The position numbers and the translations under genes were made by a program. 64,000 bases of DNA from Corallochytrium limacisporum Hawaii (Eukaryota > Protista > Pluriformea). The stretch lies in contig PDIP01000021.1 in the NCBI GenBank assembly GCA_002811645.1, positions 1 to 64,000 on the forward strand. The letters are read 5' to 3'. Of the stretch, positions 31,373 to 43,823 are shown piece by piece (within the stretch, counting starts at the first letter, position 1; each line of letters opens with the position of its first letter). The notes beneath the pieces are model-generated. The model saw only the letters and a list, made by a program, of their open reading frames with translations. It ran no database searches and was not told the DNA's origin.

Positions 31373-32410
31373 TCATGCTGATCCATTCAATGCCAAATTC
31401 GCAAACTGTTCCATCTCTTGCAGCGCGGGCCCATGCTCCTTTCCCTTCTCGACGAGCAATAGCCACACGTCGTGCGCGGTGTTCTCTTCTCCACCGGTGC
31501 TGGTACCAGCCCCATCACTTACATTACTGTGCTTCGGACGGTGGTAACACACCGCAGCAGTTGAATGGGATTTATGCAGGTCGTTCTCCGGGAAGTACCA
31601 TGCAATCGGGAGTTGGTCCAGTATGTCATCGTTGACATTGGCGGCGGCTTGCTTTTGCTTCTTTTTGCCCTTGTTCTTTGATGATGACCTCCCTTCAGTG
31701 ACACCCTTCATCTCTTCCATCAAAGCCATTGCCTCGGTTGCATCGTAGCTCCGGCAGACATGCAGGTACTGTTTGACATTGTAAGGGTCTCCTTCCTCTA
31801 CTGCCTCGTCAATCTCTTCGTAGAAAGTATAGTAGAAAGGATGGGCAATCATCGGAGGGACATTGATGTACCGTTCCTGGAGCAGGAGACCAGTCGCTGG
31901 TGACTTACCGTCGCTGCCTTCCAGAGCCTCTTGAATCTGCTTCAATGCCAGTGCTTTGTTTCGTTCGTCGCCCGAAGCCTTGGAAGCATTCTTACGCAGA
32001 TAGCCCAGAAGCGCCTTCACTTCTTTTCGTTGGCCGTAGTGCTTAAGGTTGACCACCGACAAGATTCCGTAGACGTTGTTGTCCTCGTCTCCTTCAACTT
32101 TGATGACCGTGCCAATCTTCATTTTGTCTGCTTGTTCAAGGACCAAATCAACAAGCGCACTGAGCGTTCCAGGCTCTGTGGCCTGGTCGAGGCCGGGGAA
32201 TACATTATTGAGGAGAATCTTTATCCCGTGGAAATCGTCTTCAGTCGGTGTCCTAAGCACGAACTCCACGTCGAGTGTATCAAAGTCCTCTTCATCTTTG
32301 TTTTCTCCACTGTCTTGCTCTGTTCCATTCTCTTGGTTCTCAAAGTGGAGATCGTCTCCCTCGGATGCGCTATCCTCGTTGCCATCCGTGGGCGCACGTT
32401 TTCGCCTCAT
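31373..32410 (-). CDS. BCCIP: BCCIP/Bcp1 family protein
   Basis: Acidic N-terminus, DVEF...DFHGIKILL, IGTVIK, VYGILSVVNL and GLLLQERYINVP. ATG at 32410; the ORF track starts at GTG 32419. Confidence 0.92.
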   Translation of the reverse strand: MRRKRAPTDGNEDSASEGDDLHFENQENGTEQDSGENKDEEDFDTLDVEFVLRTPTEDDFHGIKILLNNVFPGLDQATEPGTLSALVDLVLEQADKMKIGTVIKVEGDEDNNVYGILSVVNLKHYGQRKEVKALLGYLRKNASKASGDERNKALALKQIQEALEGSDGKSPATGLLLQERYINVPPMIAHPFYYTFYEEIDEAVEEGDPYNVKQYLHVCRSYDATEAMALMEEMKGVTEGRSSSKNKGKKKQKQAAANVNDDILDQLPIAWYFPENDLHKSHSTAAVCYHRPKHSNVSDGAGTSTGGEENTAHDVWLLLVEKGKEHGPALQEMEQFANLALNGSA

Positions 32411-33595
32411 GTCTGGCACTATTGATCTTTCTGTCAGATTGCCTTTTGATTGCTAGGGCAAACATTACTCCTGGTTGCTCCGTTGTCTATTAAATAACCT
32501 TACAAAAGTACATGTGCGGTGGTCATAGCCAAACCGAGTACACAGATTTTTAAGTTTTTGTGTGGCTCCACGCGGGTCTAAACAAAACCCGCCCCCAACC
32601 CACCCTCCCGCAGCAATTCGCCCTGGCTTAGGTGGGGGTCCGAAGACGTGGCCGGTTGCGGTTGAATGGGTATTGTCGCGCACCCGATTATCTAGTTTCC
32701 AATTTAGTCGTATTCAGTTAGGAAAAGGCACCGGGGGGCCTTCCAGACCAGCTTAGTCGAAAATGACACGGAGACGAGCGGAGCCATCGCTAGATTGCAC
32801 CATGACCTCCTCTTCGGCACCTGAAGCAATGCTGCCATCGCCATTGTAGCTGACCTGAATACGTAGGTTCATGCCCGGACTAAGCCCACAGGCGACCGAG
32901 TGCAAAGGGGGGCTAATCGAAAGAAATCAAACGATTTCCATATATTTTTCACTAAGTCAAATTTCAAATGATTTGATTTTTTTAATTTAGTAAGATATAC
33001 ATACATTTTAACGAATTATGCAATCAATACTTCAATCAAAGGTTGCCCAGGGGCCATAGCAAGCAAGGGGTGAAAATTCGGATGGGTTGGGGCCAAATGG
33101 TCTCACAGTCCCACATCAGAGTACGAAAATTATTAGGGCCTCTCGCGCAAAGTCGAAAATTTTGGCGCGCCTTTTTGCAGGGGAACCGTCTGGAGCACAG
33201 CGGTCGTCCCAACAAAAGCCAAACTTCGGACCCAGCAACGCAGCCACCGCGCATGGAAAGACGTCTCAACCCAACCGCTGAGGACGGAAACAATCGGGGA
33301 AGCTTCGCCAGGAAGTGACACAAGCGTCCCAGATACACTTTTGGTTTCTTTCAATTAGTTGGAAGATTCTGCATCCGAAGATTCTGCACCGTATTTTATG
33401 TTCCACTTTAACAATCGTTGAAGGTATTTGTTATCGGGGAACAAATCAATGAAGTAAATACAACAGTTGGATACGTGAATGGCGACCAAAGTTCGAAGAC
33501 GGGAGAATGCAAGGGAAATCTTCTTGTGGGCTTACATGATAACTGGTTAATTACTGTGCCTTAGAGGAGGCCCATTTTATGGCGCAATCATAACT

Positions 33596-34579
33596 ATGCC
33601 TGACACAGAAGAACCTACCACTACTGTGAGTGCAGGAGTACCCTTCCTCAGCACTCGGAGTCTTGGTGAAGGCACAGATGCACCGGCTGCACCAGCAGGA
33701 CATTTTGTAGTGAAGGTTACTCTTCGGGATGATACACGTCGGTTGCTTGTGCCCATTGAAGGAACCACATTACAGACGTTTAAAGAAAGGCTCGCGCGCA
33801 CATTTAACCTCTCGGACACGACCTTTAACCTGAAGTACAAGGACGGAGAAGGTGACGTGCTGACCCTAAGCGACGAGTCAGAGTTGAAGGGCCTTGTGGC
33901 CGGGCTGGAGAAAGCGGAAGAGAGCAAAAAAACTTTGCGAGTGAAAATTGTACCACCACCAATGAGCAAATCGGAAGTACTCGCAGAGTACGCTGACCCG
34001 AATCTGCCACTATTAACTCAGGAAGGGGATAACTTTTCGGAGGCTCACCTACAGCTCTGTCGCCACTTGTTCGGAAACTTCCCCGATCACAGTATCTTGG
34101 AGATGCTGCGCGACATTCGATACTACATCTGCGCGCGGGAAGGCCTGGTGCCTGAGGTGCGGACGCACATTGCCCGGCACAAGAGTCTGATCACTCCCAA
34201 AAACCTGCTGAACGAACAGAAGGAGCCCGAGAAGGCGGTTGAGGCTGCTGGTGCGAGCAAACCCTTGAAACCGTCTCCGATCAAGGAGGAGAATGTCGCT
34301 GAGGTTACAAAGAATCTGGAGTCGCTGACCACGGACACGCCGACGCCGAGCAGTGCCGGCGGACCGCCACAACACGCACAGAAGTGGAATGTCTCTGAAG
34401 TTGCCGACTGGCTGATCACCAAGGAACTAGGTGATTTTGCAGAACTGTTCAAGGAGAACGAGATCGATGGTAGCTTGCTGTGGGAGTTGGATCATGAAGT
34501 ACTAAAATCTATGGGAATCTCAGCTGCCGGAAAGCGCATGAAAGTCTTGAAGGCCGTAGCGGAACTGAAGGAAGCCTAG
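33596..34579 (+). CDS. PB1-domain plus C-terminal SAM-domain protein
   Basis: PB1: VKVTLRDDTRR ... LKYKDGEGDVLTLSDESEL. SAM: WNVSEVADWL...FKENEIDGSLL...LKSMGI..AGKRMKVL. Confidence 0.88.
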   Translation: MPDTEEPTTTVSAGVPFLSTRSLGEGTDAPAAPAGHFVVKVTLRDDTRRLLVPIEGTTLQTFKERLARTFNLSDTTFNLKYKDGEGDVLTLSDESELKGLVAGLEKAEESKKTLRVKIVPPPMSKSEVLAEYADPNLPLLTQEGDNFSEAHLQLCRHLFGNFPDHSILEMLRDIRYYICAREGLVPEVRTHIARHKSLITPKNLLNEQKEPEKAVEAAGASKPLKPSPIKEENVAEVTKNLESLTTDTPTPSSAGGPPQHAQKWNVSEVADWLITKELGDFAELFKENEIDGSLLWELDHEVLKSMGISAAGKRMKVLKAVAELKEA

Positions 34580-34672
34580 TTCAGTAAAGATGTCAATTTG
34601 TGCTTTCGTGTTACCAATATATTCTATGTGATTCTTTACCAAAGGTTCTATGCTATGAAATGATTTTTGGGC

Positions 34673-35104
34673 CTAATTGCTGACAAGCCGCTCCTTAGAG
34701 TTCATACGGGCGAGATTGTCGCCGCTTTGACGGCCGGCATCGATGCCGAAACGTCCCTCGATTACGTCGTAGTAGGCAGGAGGCAGCTCATCGTAAGCAG
34801 GGGGAGCCGTATCTAGCTTTGACGAGTACTCCTCCATCATGTGAAGCACAGACGCCGGAGGTCCCAGAGGTGTCTTGTTGGACCGGAAGTGCCTCTCTGT
34901 TTTCCACTGCTTTTGCCGTTCTCGCTTATCCAGTTTTTCAAGTTCTTTCAGTGATAGTGAACTTCCCAATTCTCCTAGTGTTTGTTCCCTCATGTTCTGG
35001 TCATGGTTGCGGATGGCTTTGCGGCGCTTGTGCTTCCGGACCTGGCTGCGGCCAACGGCATATCCGCCAACAGCGACCAACAACACAAGGGGTACCAATA
35101 CCAT
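34673..35104 (-). CDS. Small N-anchored membrane protein with tandem PPxY motifs (paralogue A)
   Basis: ATG at 35104, hydrophobic N-terminus, basic cluster and PPAYDELPPAY. Clear protein similarity to the ORF at 42382-42774. Confidence 0.85.
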   Translation of the reverse strand: MVLVPLVLLVAVGGYAVGRSQVRKHKRRKAIRNHDQNMREQTLGELGSSLSLKELEKLDKRERQKQWKTERHFRSNKTPLGPPASVLHMMEEYSSKLDTAPPAYDELPPAYYDVIEGRFGIDAGRQSGDNLARMNSKERLVSN

Positions 35105-38100
35105 TTCTAGCGCTATTTTTAAGATATCCAAAACTTCAAAATTGAGTACTATGGTCTTCTAATTGATCACACATATCAGTCTTCTAAAACGTACTACATC
35201 AATCGGTTTAAATACCGAGCGGATCCACTTGGATACAGACAAATATGGCGTCTTAGTCTCTAAAGGTTCATGAAGAAAAATATTATCACCATGGGCTCCT
35301 GTTTCGCGCCATGTACTAGTTTGTCTGTGTATTCGTTCTGTACTTGTCTGCGTTGGTGCCAGAACCAAAGGTACCTGTAGAAACATATATCCCACTGCAG
35401 TTTGAGTGCGTGTGTAGTTGGGTCCCTTCCTTCTCCCTTCCCCCTTTTCTCCCCTCCCTTCCCCGTATTGCTAAGAAGTTCGTCCGCGCGGATGCGCCAA
35501 CTCGAGCTGCGTATTACACCATTAGCACAGACAACACAATTTTTAGTTGACGTGCACAGACCGCTGAGATCGGAACTGTTGGGCGGTTCTTGAAGCAGAA
35601 ACAGTGATGCTCCCGTTACTCGTCCTGCTATGTCGGTGCTCTGCCAAGTTCGGTAAGTACGCCCGCACCCTGGTTTTGCCACACCGCCATGCGAGGCAGG
35701 AGCCGAACCAAACCCATCCCCATCCCCTGCCATCCCACGTCATTAAAATCTGCCATATAATGTGCGTATACCGTTCAATCCATTGTGTACATTATATGTG
35801 CTCTGGTGTTTGCTGGGACGATGACGGCCCGGGACGATAGAGGCCTGCACACTAACACGACCAAACCAAACAAGGAACAATGGAGAACAGACGGGAACAA
35901 TTGATTCGACTGGTCGCTGCAGGACAAAAGTCTGTGTGGAAAATATACGTAAAGTTAACTTGCGGAGCGGGTTGATGATCAGGAGAATTGTCCAAACCAA
36001 CCTCTCCTTAGCTCACCTTCCGATCCATCGACCCGTGTGGTCGGTGCCCGTCCCGTAACCACCGCTACCGCCATATTTTCCTATTCTAAGCCAGTCTTTT
36101 AATATTAGGCGTCGCCCCCAAGCGTGAGACGTGGGCCGGGTGCCTGTGCAATAAAAATTTTCCTGTGAAAAACCGTCGAGAACAATTGATGAACGGGTAC
36201 GGAGGGCGGACAGGACCGACCGTGTCTCTTAGAGAGGTGAACTGCAACTTCTCGTGTCCCCATGGACTCTGTACGGAGTAGTAAGTATACGGAGCGAATC
36301 ATCGCCAATTTCTGCGAAACATGCGTCTCCTGTCAGTTTGGTCCCTGTGTTCCTCCGGTGTCAAGCACGAAAGGACTTTATTGTACGAGAGATTAACATC
36401 TTAGGGGTTGCGGCTGTGCCGGTAGTTTTCGTATGGGCGAACGATGTCCTTTATTACGGAAACGGAACTCTCTGACCTCGGAAAAGGGAACCCCTTACAG
36501 ACCCAATATCGTGATCCCGCTCAGAACGCAGCTCGGCCAGTGGAGGGCGGACCCGTCCACGGGACTACCATCATGGTACAGTAACCTTCCTTTCTTACCT
36601 TACATCCACTCGCACAAAAAGCATCACGGTGTGGTCCCGCGTTCTCCATGGCTGCATATACATATATGTGTGGCTCCCGCTGTCTCTCTGCACGGTCCTG
36701 GTATATCTGCGCTCTGCCTTGCCTGCATGGCTCTTCGCTGTTCTCGTTCGCGTCTGGTCCACCCACCGCCTGAAGGGGGCTCGTGGCCGAAGGAAGGGGG
36801 CTTCTGCTTTGCCAGAGGTGAGCCCATTAAGAATTCTCTGTCCTCGTCTGTTACCGCCCAAAGCCTCAGTCATTTTGTATAGCTAATACACCTACAACCC
36901 CTGGCACTTGACCCCGTGAAACCACCGTCGGAGTTCGGACTCATTCCAATTCAAACCTTCTCTCCGGGGAAGCCTGGGGGTTGGCCAACAAAGTATTTTT
37001 TCCTTAAAGATTGGCCCATTCTCTATATGGCTTCCCTGCTGAAAATTTGCAGGGACCTGGATCGCTGCGGACGAGATGCAAGGGAATTGTTGTGGCCAGA
37101 AGCGAGGCATAAGGAATTTTCCGCAGAGACGACGGAATGTACCTCATGGTGTACAGGTTATCCAGAACACTATCTGTTTGACTCAAACGCATCTGTTTTC
37201 ATAGGCCACTGTACGTATGAGGCATTGAAAGCGGTCGCGGGTCAACCAGCCAGGGGTCCGGTCTAAAAACGATGATCAATTTCCATACTAAAAGTACTGC
37301 TGACGTAGATTTGGCAGTTTGGTTCCGGTTAAATCACAAAAGAATCGGCGATAAAAATATATTTGTACAGTACCATACATTGACTATGAAAAATTTCTCT
37401 TGCTGCGCTGGTCCTGTTTGTACTGTACGACGCATGTAGTTCTTCTCTTGGTTTGGAATTCTACATGATCGTTTTGGAAGGAAGGAGCCAGATCCCATAG
37501 TGAATGTTCCGTGCCCAGTCACAAGTTGGAAGGGTCAATGACCACAGGTATGGGCTCAAAACTGCGCGAGTTAGATCTCATCGCCTTTTGCTGTGGCCGA
37601 ACTGTATACCGTCGATGGCTACGTCGGCTGTTGGGTCCGTTCTATCCGCATGGCGAATATACCAACACAATGAAAAGAGCATTTGTGTTGGACTAGGATG
37701 TTGATGATTAGCAAGCTGTGATTGATCATTGAAGCCGCCACCTCCACTCCTCCTCAGACATATGCTGCCACTCTCCGTTAAGAAATACTGATCTAACAGG
37801 TTCATAGAGTCCGTTGTATTATCTCCTGATCATGACCACCGGGCCTAGTATGTGCAAATTCGAGCGGTCACGTTGCCGTGGTTATCCGTAGTACGGTCGG
37901 CCCGGAACCCAAAAAACACAAGAGGATTCTTGATCCTCGTCGCCAATCGTGATCATCCGGACCTGGCTCACGTAGTCGGTCTCCACGACATGATCTTCGT
38001 GCGGATGGCCACTCAATGGCGGATACATGGATTCGCACATTACCATTAGGCCCAAGGGAACGTCCCAGGGAGTTCAATAATATCATTGATCGTTGGCGCC

Positions 38101-38443
38101 ACATCAGTCGACGACTGCCATGATCATCGGGTTCCCCGACATCCAACGTAGACAACCACTGGCGGTGTGGAGGGAGGCTCGTTCATGAGGCCATACAAAG
38201 CACTGAATGATCCCCATGGGCCGCTTTGGTGGTCACCTCCCACAAATTCGGCAGTCGGTCCGAAAAAATTCTATAGTGAGACAGTGAAGAAATATTTCTC
38301 CCGGTTGGTCCGGTCTTAGCGAAGGCTCCCACACTGGCCAGGAAACTCCCTTGTCCAGCCATCAGTCTCCTCCTTATCAAATTTTTTTTCACAGATTCAA
38401 GACATGCATGACCAGCCTTAATACGGTGCTGAGGGAAGCCAAG

Positions 38444-38577
38444 ATTCAGACTGGAAGTTCGCCGCCTCAGCTGCTAGTGATACCCGAAATCCTGCGCATG
38501 GGAACGAATTCAGACTAGAAGTCCGCCGCCTCAGCTGCTGGTGATATCCGAAATTCTGCGCATGGGAACGAATTCAG
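38444..38577. repeat. Two-copy 64-bp tandem repeat
   Basis: The unit ATTCAGACT(G/A)GAAGT(T/C)CGCCGCCTCAGCTGCT...GCGCATGGGAACGA starts at 38444 and 38508, with ATTCAG again at 38572. Confidence 0.95.
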
Positions 38578-38874
38578 TCGGGAGTGCAAGGGGACATTAA
38601 ACATATAGGGCGTAGTCTGCCAACCCCAGCTTTGTCCCCCACCGCCCCTGCCTCGCCGCGGGGGGGGAGCGGAGGAGAGTGGGGCCACATATGGAGTTGG
38701 GTGCTCTGATCCGCCATCATCTGGGCTCCGCGCGCCAATACGGTCCCGTTGGAACATGATTACAACTTAGCATACGTGGTCATGACTATCCACTTCGCCG
38801 GGCTGCCAGTTGGTTCCTGCGCAGGAACCTCGTATCAGACAGCGTGAAATGGACGCCTGTCCATCGATATACAT

Positions 38875-41105
38875 CTATGGCAATATGATGCGTGGCTTGT
38901 GTACGCGCGCTCGCGCAGCTTTGGCAGTGAGCTGCTCACCTTTATCCGTCACTATCTGTGATACCGTGTAGTACCGTTGGTAAGTGCGAAAAGAGTGGCA
39001 CATGATTGTTTTGAAGTAATAAAAGGTGACGATGAAGAATTCTAGCTTGTGAGGTGTTTTGACCCGGCCCGCAAGAAAATAATACACAGCAGTCTCTGCG
39101 ACCTACCGTCTGTTTGGAATGCCTTACGTGTCCAACACATCATTTGCATTCTGCATCGCTTCATTTCCTGTAGACGTGTCGCAGATTGCCATGGAAAGTT
39201 GCATGTGTATATGACAGAGGTCAACGATAGATGTTTCATTGATATACAAGTGGATTTTGTCGATGAAGCATGACGGTGTGGTGATTCTTTTACTGATACC
39301 TGATACCTGATCTTCCGCTCGCGCAGTCCCGGCACAATTTCGCTATCAAGAGTCTTCCACGGTTCGATACCATGGTCGGGCCCGTTCCCAACATACAAGC
39401 AAAGGTTCACTTTCATGAAGAGCAGTACGTCGTCAATATTGATTGTGAGCGGAACTTCCAATGAGTCTGAGGATTGCTTGCAGGAGTCCTAGACGATCAG
39501 AATCAACTAGGAGGCCCCATCACGGCTGTTGGGCGGAGAGACTGCTAGACAGAGACACGTGGTTTTGAGTCCCTCTTCCTCTGACACCTGCACTGTCTGA
39601 TCTAACATGAATGGCGACTATTTTTCGTTCCTCTATAGCCTAGGCTTGGCTATTTTTCCACTGAGGTCCCTGTCCCCATACGTTTACTGAGACTCTGTGG
39701 GTCCTTTCGACAGAGACTCAGCCGTGATTGACCCTTCTGCGGACGTTCAAGGACAATGGGGTTTGGGGGGGTTCGCAATTTCCCTACTTAAAGTGCTGCA
39801 GTTTTGGGCTGTGTTCAGGAGGAATGAAGACGACGCTCGAGCAATTGGTGATTGGGTAAGGGTTGGGTTTTAACCAGCTATGGCCAGCAAAGCTGTGGGT
39901 TTTTGTCTTTTTATTCTTCATACTATTGTTATTACGTAAGGGAGGAGCAAATATTCCACAGGCTTCGTCGCCATCTTCTTCAGTAAGTTCGAGTACTTAC
40001 GTCCTCGGTCTATCGTGTTGCATACAATATACCGCTTCGTAGGTAGATTGGAAGAGTGGCTCATAGATGGGGGAGGTAGAAAACATTGACCTTATTGTTG
40101 ATGGGTGCTCACTACTGAATCTTCGCATCCCCAAGACACCCTAATCCGAGGTACGATCGGCACATCACTGACCCCCATCAGTTTCAGAGCGGCTGCCAGC
40201 ACACTTGAATACGTAAGGCGTTGATTTTTTTCTGCGCGCATGTATAGCAATTGAAGGCGTTTTGCAAAAGGGACAGGCCCAGAAGCGGGATTGTCCAGTT
40301 TCTATCGTTTATCAAGGTCAATCAGCCATGAGACGCTACCTTAAGAAGTGTACGGGTTTGCGACCAATCCATTTGTCGTGGGCCCGTCGGATCTTTTGAG
40401 GAATGGTAGCAAGTCGTGCTGCGTATTAATCATCATCTCTACAACCGAGAGCCTCAGATTGGGCCCAATCATGCATACCACGACGAGCCTTAGGTCGACT
40501 ATCCTTGGTCTTACCTAGCCGTTGTTCTTTGTATGCGGCCCGACCACAGCAGCTTTAAATGAATGTTTGCGAGCGAAACCATAAGTTTAGATCCCGATGG
40601 GTTTCAGAGGAGTTCCTGTGTTCCATCTAAAAGTGCTGCTGAGTGACGGTGCCTGTGCAAGCTCGTGAAGGGCTCCGAAGGGTTGCAGCAAGCACTTCTT
40701 TTTGCATTCCAATGCTGCAGAGTTAAGCGAGTGTGCAATGCCGCAGTAGAGCGGGTATCAAGAAAACTAAGACTGAAGGAATGGATATTGGAATTGATAT
40801 AGTGCCCTTGTCGTTGATTCTGAAAGCACTTGACCACGATGACAACCCACAGGGACCCAGTACATTGATTGTTTTGGTAAGCAGCGGACATCAGGGACAA
40901 GGGTGTATCCATCTATGTATAACGATCTCGAACTAGGTGTATCCCTTGTTGTAGTTGAATTTCTCGCTGTTAACGACCATGATCGGTGTAGCCTTCGCCG
41001 TTGTGACATCTCTTTCCATAGGGATATGATGAGCGAAAACCTTCGAATGATGTCCGTCGGACACAAATAAGATCCCTGCGGGCGAGGGTAATAAGGGTTT
41101 GCCAC
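38875..41105 (-). pseudogene. Possible decayed minus-strand coding sequence of unknown family
   Basis: Protein-like frames with scattered stops at about 38875-39461 and about 40600-41105, plus a 7-bp CAGGTAT duplication at an apparent frame change near 39300. No family recognised. Confidence 0.2.
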
Positions 41106-42381
41106 AACCTCAGTCGATCAACCAAGAACTACCGCTATTGCGGTGAGCGGACGGGATCCTATCCAAGGAATCGACCACACAGCGCTCCCCGGATTTTTTC
41201 CTCTCGCGGAGAGAAAGAGAGCTGTCAGGTTCCGATGACTAGGAGACACCCACATTACATGCAATCAGCCGCGCACACCTACTGCACCAAGCCTCCTTAA
41301 AATCTGCTGAACTATTGTACCTTAGGAGGTGCACAGAAAGGACAAGCAGGAGGCACACGGGCTCTCGTTTCAATTAGGGGCGGCATATGTGAGCTCGGGA
41401 ACCAGTACTGTTGGTGCCGCTTAGTGCACGAATGCTGGCGTGCTGTTGGGCAAGGAGGTCCTGCGCCCGAAGTTTTTGCTGGAAAAACGGCAGCGTATTT
41501 CCCGCAAAATAGCCGTGAAATAGAGATTTCGAGCCAAAGGCAGCGGCGGCGAAATTGGGTATACTCCGTGGTACGGGGTTGCTTTTGAGAGCGCACATAT
41601 CCCAAGGAATGTCGCACCGCGAAAACCCCCGAGAGAAAGGATTAGGGAGAAACCCATTGCGACTCTGTCTTCGTTGTTGCTACTCGGCGGGTTGGAGGAG
41701 GAACGCGTATGCGTCGTTTTTCACTTGGGTTCCTCGAACCGCCAAAGAAATTGGGTGAGCCAATGGGGGATTAGGGTGCAGACTATAGACGCAAAGAAAA
41801 AAAAAATTAAGCTCTGTGGGGGTGTGGGCGGTGGATCTGTGCGCGAGTGACACACCCAGCACGAACGGGCCTGGTATCCGATAACTCTGACAGAATGGAG
41901 GGCCAGGGGCTCTTCTGTAGACATTAGTAGGCACTCTACATCCTCTTGCTGTGCATGGTAAAAGCATCTCAGTGATGGGAGGTCTCTATACGACATGTGA
42001 TATGTGGTGGTGGTTTTGTTGCGGAGGAATCTGTGAACGAAAGAGACCCGGACGGGAGAAGGACACCGGGAAGAAGAGGCAGGTGGAAAGAGAGGTGGGG
42101 AGGGATGCTCGGTCATCTGACTGTAGTCTTGCTGACGAACATGGCATCCTGTAAGCATCCAGTGAAGCATCAAATGGCCAACAAACAGACATGTGAAGGT
42201 GAGCTGTGGATTTCAGAGGATGGAGAGGATTGATTGGTGCCAGCAGACTCATTGTGATAGTAATGGATGGAAATATTCATGGTTCATGTGTATTATGTAT
42301 GCTTCAAAATGTGATGGATGGATATAGACTAAGTTTTGGTGATTGGTTCAGGCACTGTCAATAAATCTACCTGCTCGCTTT

Positions 42382-42774
42382 TCAGACGGTAATTTCGACG
42401 CGATGCTCGGGAACCTTCATGACCTCGCTATATGCCGGAGGCAGAGATTCGTATGTAGGGGGTCCCTCGATCAGACTCTTCGAGTTGTGTTGCAGGATGA
42501 GAGCAATTGAAGGCGGATCCTCCTTGAGGGCCTTCCGCTTGAAGTCCTTCTTGTTGGGGTTCTCCTTCCACTGCTTCTTCCTGTAGGCCTTGTCGAGAGC
42601 TTCGAGTTCTTTCAAATCTATCTCTGTGCATCCAATAATTTCGATGCAGTGGGCGCGCTTCTGGGCGTCCTCCTTGAGAATGCGGAGCATGCGTCGTTTC
42701 CGACGTTCATAAGTCTTTATGCCAACGAGGATAGCAATGCTACCCACGAGGATAACAGGTTCAAAAAAGACCAT
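42382..42774 (-). CDS. Small N-anchored membrane protein with tandem PPxY motifs (paralogue B)
   Basis: Hydrophobic N-terminus, RRKRR, LKELEALDK..RKKQWK and PPTYESLPPAY. Homologous to 34673-35104. Confidence 0.88.
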   Translation of the reverse strand: MVFFEPVILVGSIAILVGIKTYERRKRRMLRILKEDAQKRAHCIEIIGCTEIDLKELEALDKAYRKKQWKENPNKKDFKRKALKEDPPSIALILQHNSKSLIEGPPTYESLPPAYSEVMKVPEHRVEITV

Positions 42775-42869
42775 TGTGATAATGTTGAGAACTATGACAT
42801 AGTAGTGCTGTTTAGGCTCTGTTCGATACGTGTGATCTTCTCGACCGACGCCTTCCGACAGTCTCCGTC

Positions 42870-42877
42870 CTTTTATA
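42870..42877 (-). promoter_or_regulatory. Candidate TATA box of PPxY paralogue B
   Basis: TATAAAAG on the minus strand about 100 bp upstream of the ATG. Confidence 0.45.
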
Positions 42878-43769
42878 CCTCCGTGTGTACGTTATTGATG
42901 TTCGTCTAAATGCTGACGCAAATGGCGCATATTTAAAGGTCACGGACAAGTATGCGACCCTTGACAAAACACTTCCGGCCGAGACCTTGAGCGATTTCTT
43001 ACGAACGGGAGGGTGCCCTCCCCCCCCCCCCCGGGGGGAGGGGGGAATCTGCCCCGTTCGTACTCCCAGGGCAGGGCACGGCGTACCAATGGTCCACCCT
43101 CGTAGTAATTTCTACTTTGGACTTGCGAAGCGAGATTCGAAATTTTGAGAGGACGGTTCGGGTAGAGGCGATGCTTGTAAGGGGTAGCCGTCATCTTGAC
43201 CGGCATGGAAGCAGGATTCATCTCAGACTCGACATTGCAGTTCGGAGCCCTGTCACTAGTGTCTCTCATACATTTCGAAAAGTGGGAACTGGCTTCAAGT
43301 GTTGCTAAATAGAGTACATACGGGGTCGACATTTGATCTTTCAGCCATCTATTGTATGTTGATGGCATGTCTGTTCATGTCCAAGATGAGAGGCACTCAG
43401 AAAATATTCGCTCTTCTTTGGCGCTCAGTGGACACATGTGCGTCAGAGTGGTGACTTGAACGCCTGAGGAAGGCGGCAGATGCAAATACAATGCTAGTAT
43501 AGCCAGGGAGCGAAGGAGAGAAGGAAGATATGTGGCTGTATTGGCTGGCGCAAGAGAGACCTTAACCTTGTTCAAGATTGGAATCTTTCTTCCGTTTCCA
43601 CAGCGGCATGGCATGAGAAATTGTGTTTGCCGATCGCGGTCTCACATACGGAGGCCAGCCAGGATGCGCATCGGAACAATGACAGAAGAACATGGCCATT
43701 GTACAATCTCTATTCCTTGTCCGAAGCAGGACAGAGAGAGTGTGAGAGAGATATTGCAAGGGCTGCACG

Positions 43770-43774
<5 letters not shown>

Positions 43775-43823
<49 letters not shown>

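Noticed and set aside
38444-38577. CRISPR-like interpretation of the tandem repeats
   Set aside because: The copies are contiguous with no unique spacers, there are no cas genes, and the context is eukaryotic.
38875-39090. Calling an LTR-retrotransposon integrase from IVTDKGEQLT
   Set aside because: Other DDE motifs are absent or mis-spaced, and no LTRs, RT or target-site duplication were seen.
39340-39385. GGTTCGATACC resembling a tRNA T-loop (also GGTTCGA at about 3917 and 4268)
   Set aside because: No acceptor, D or anticodon stems could be formed.
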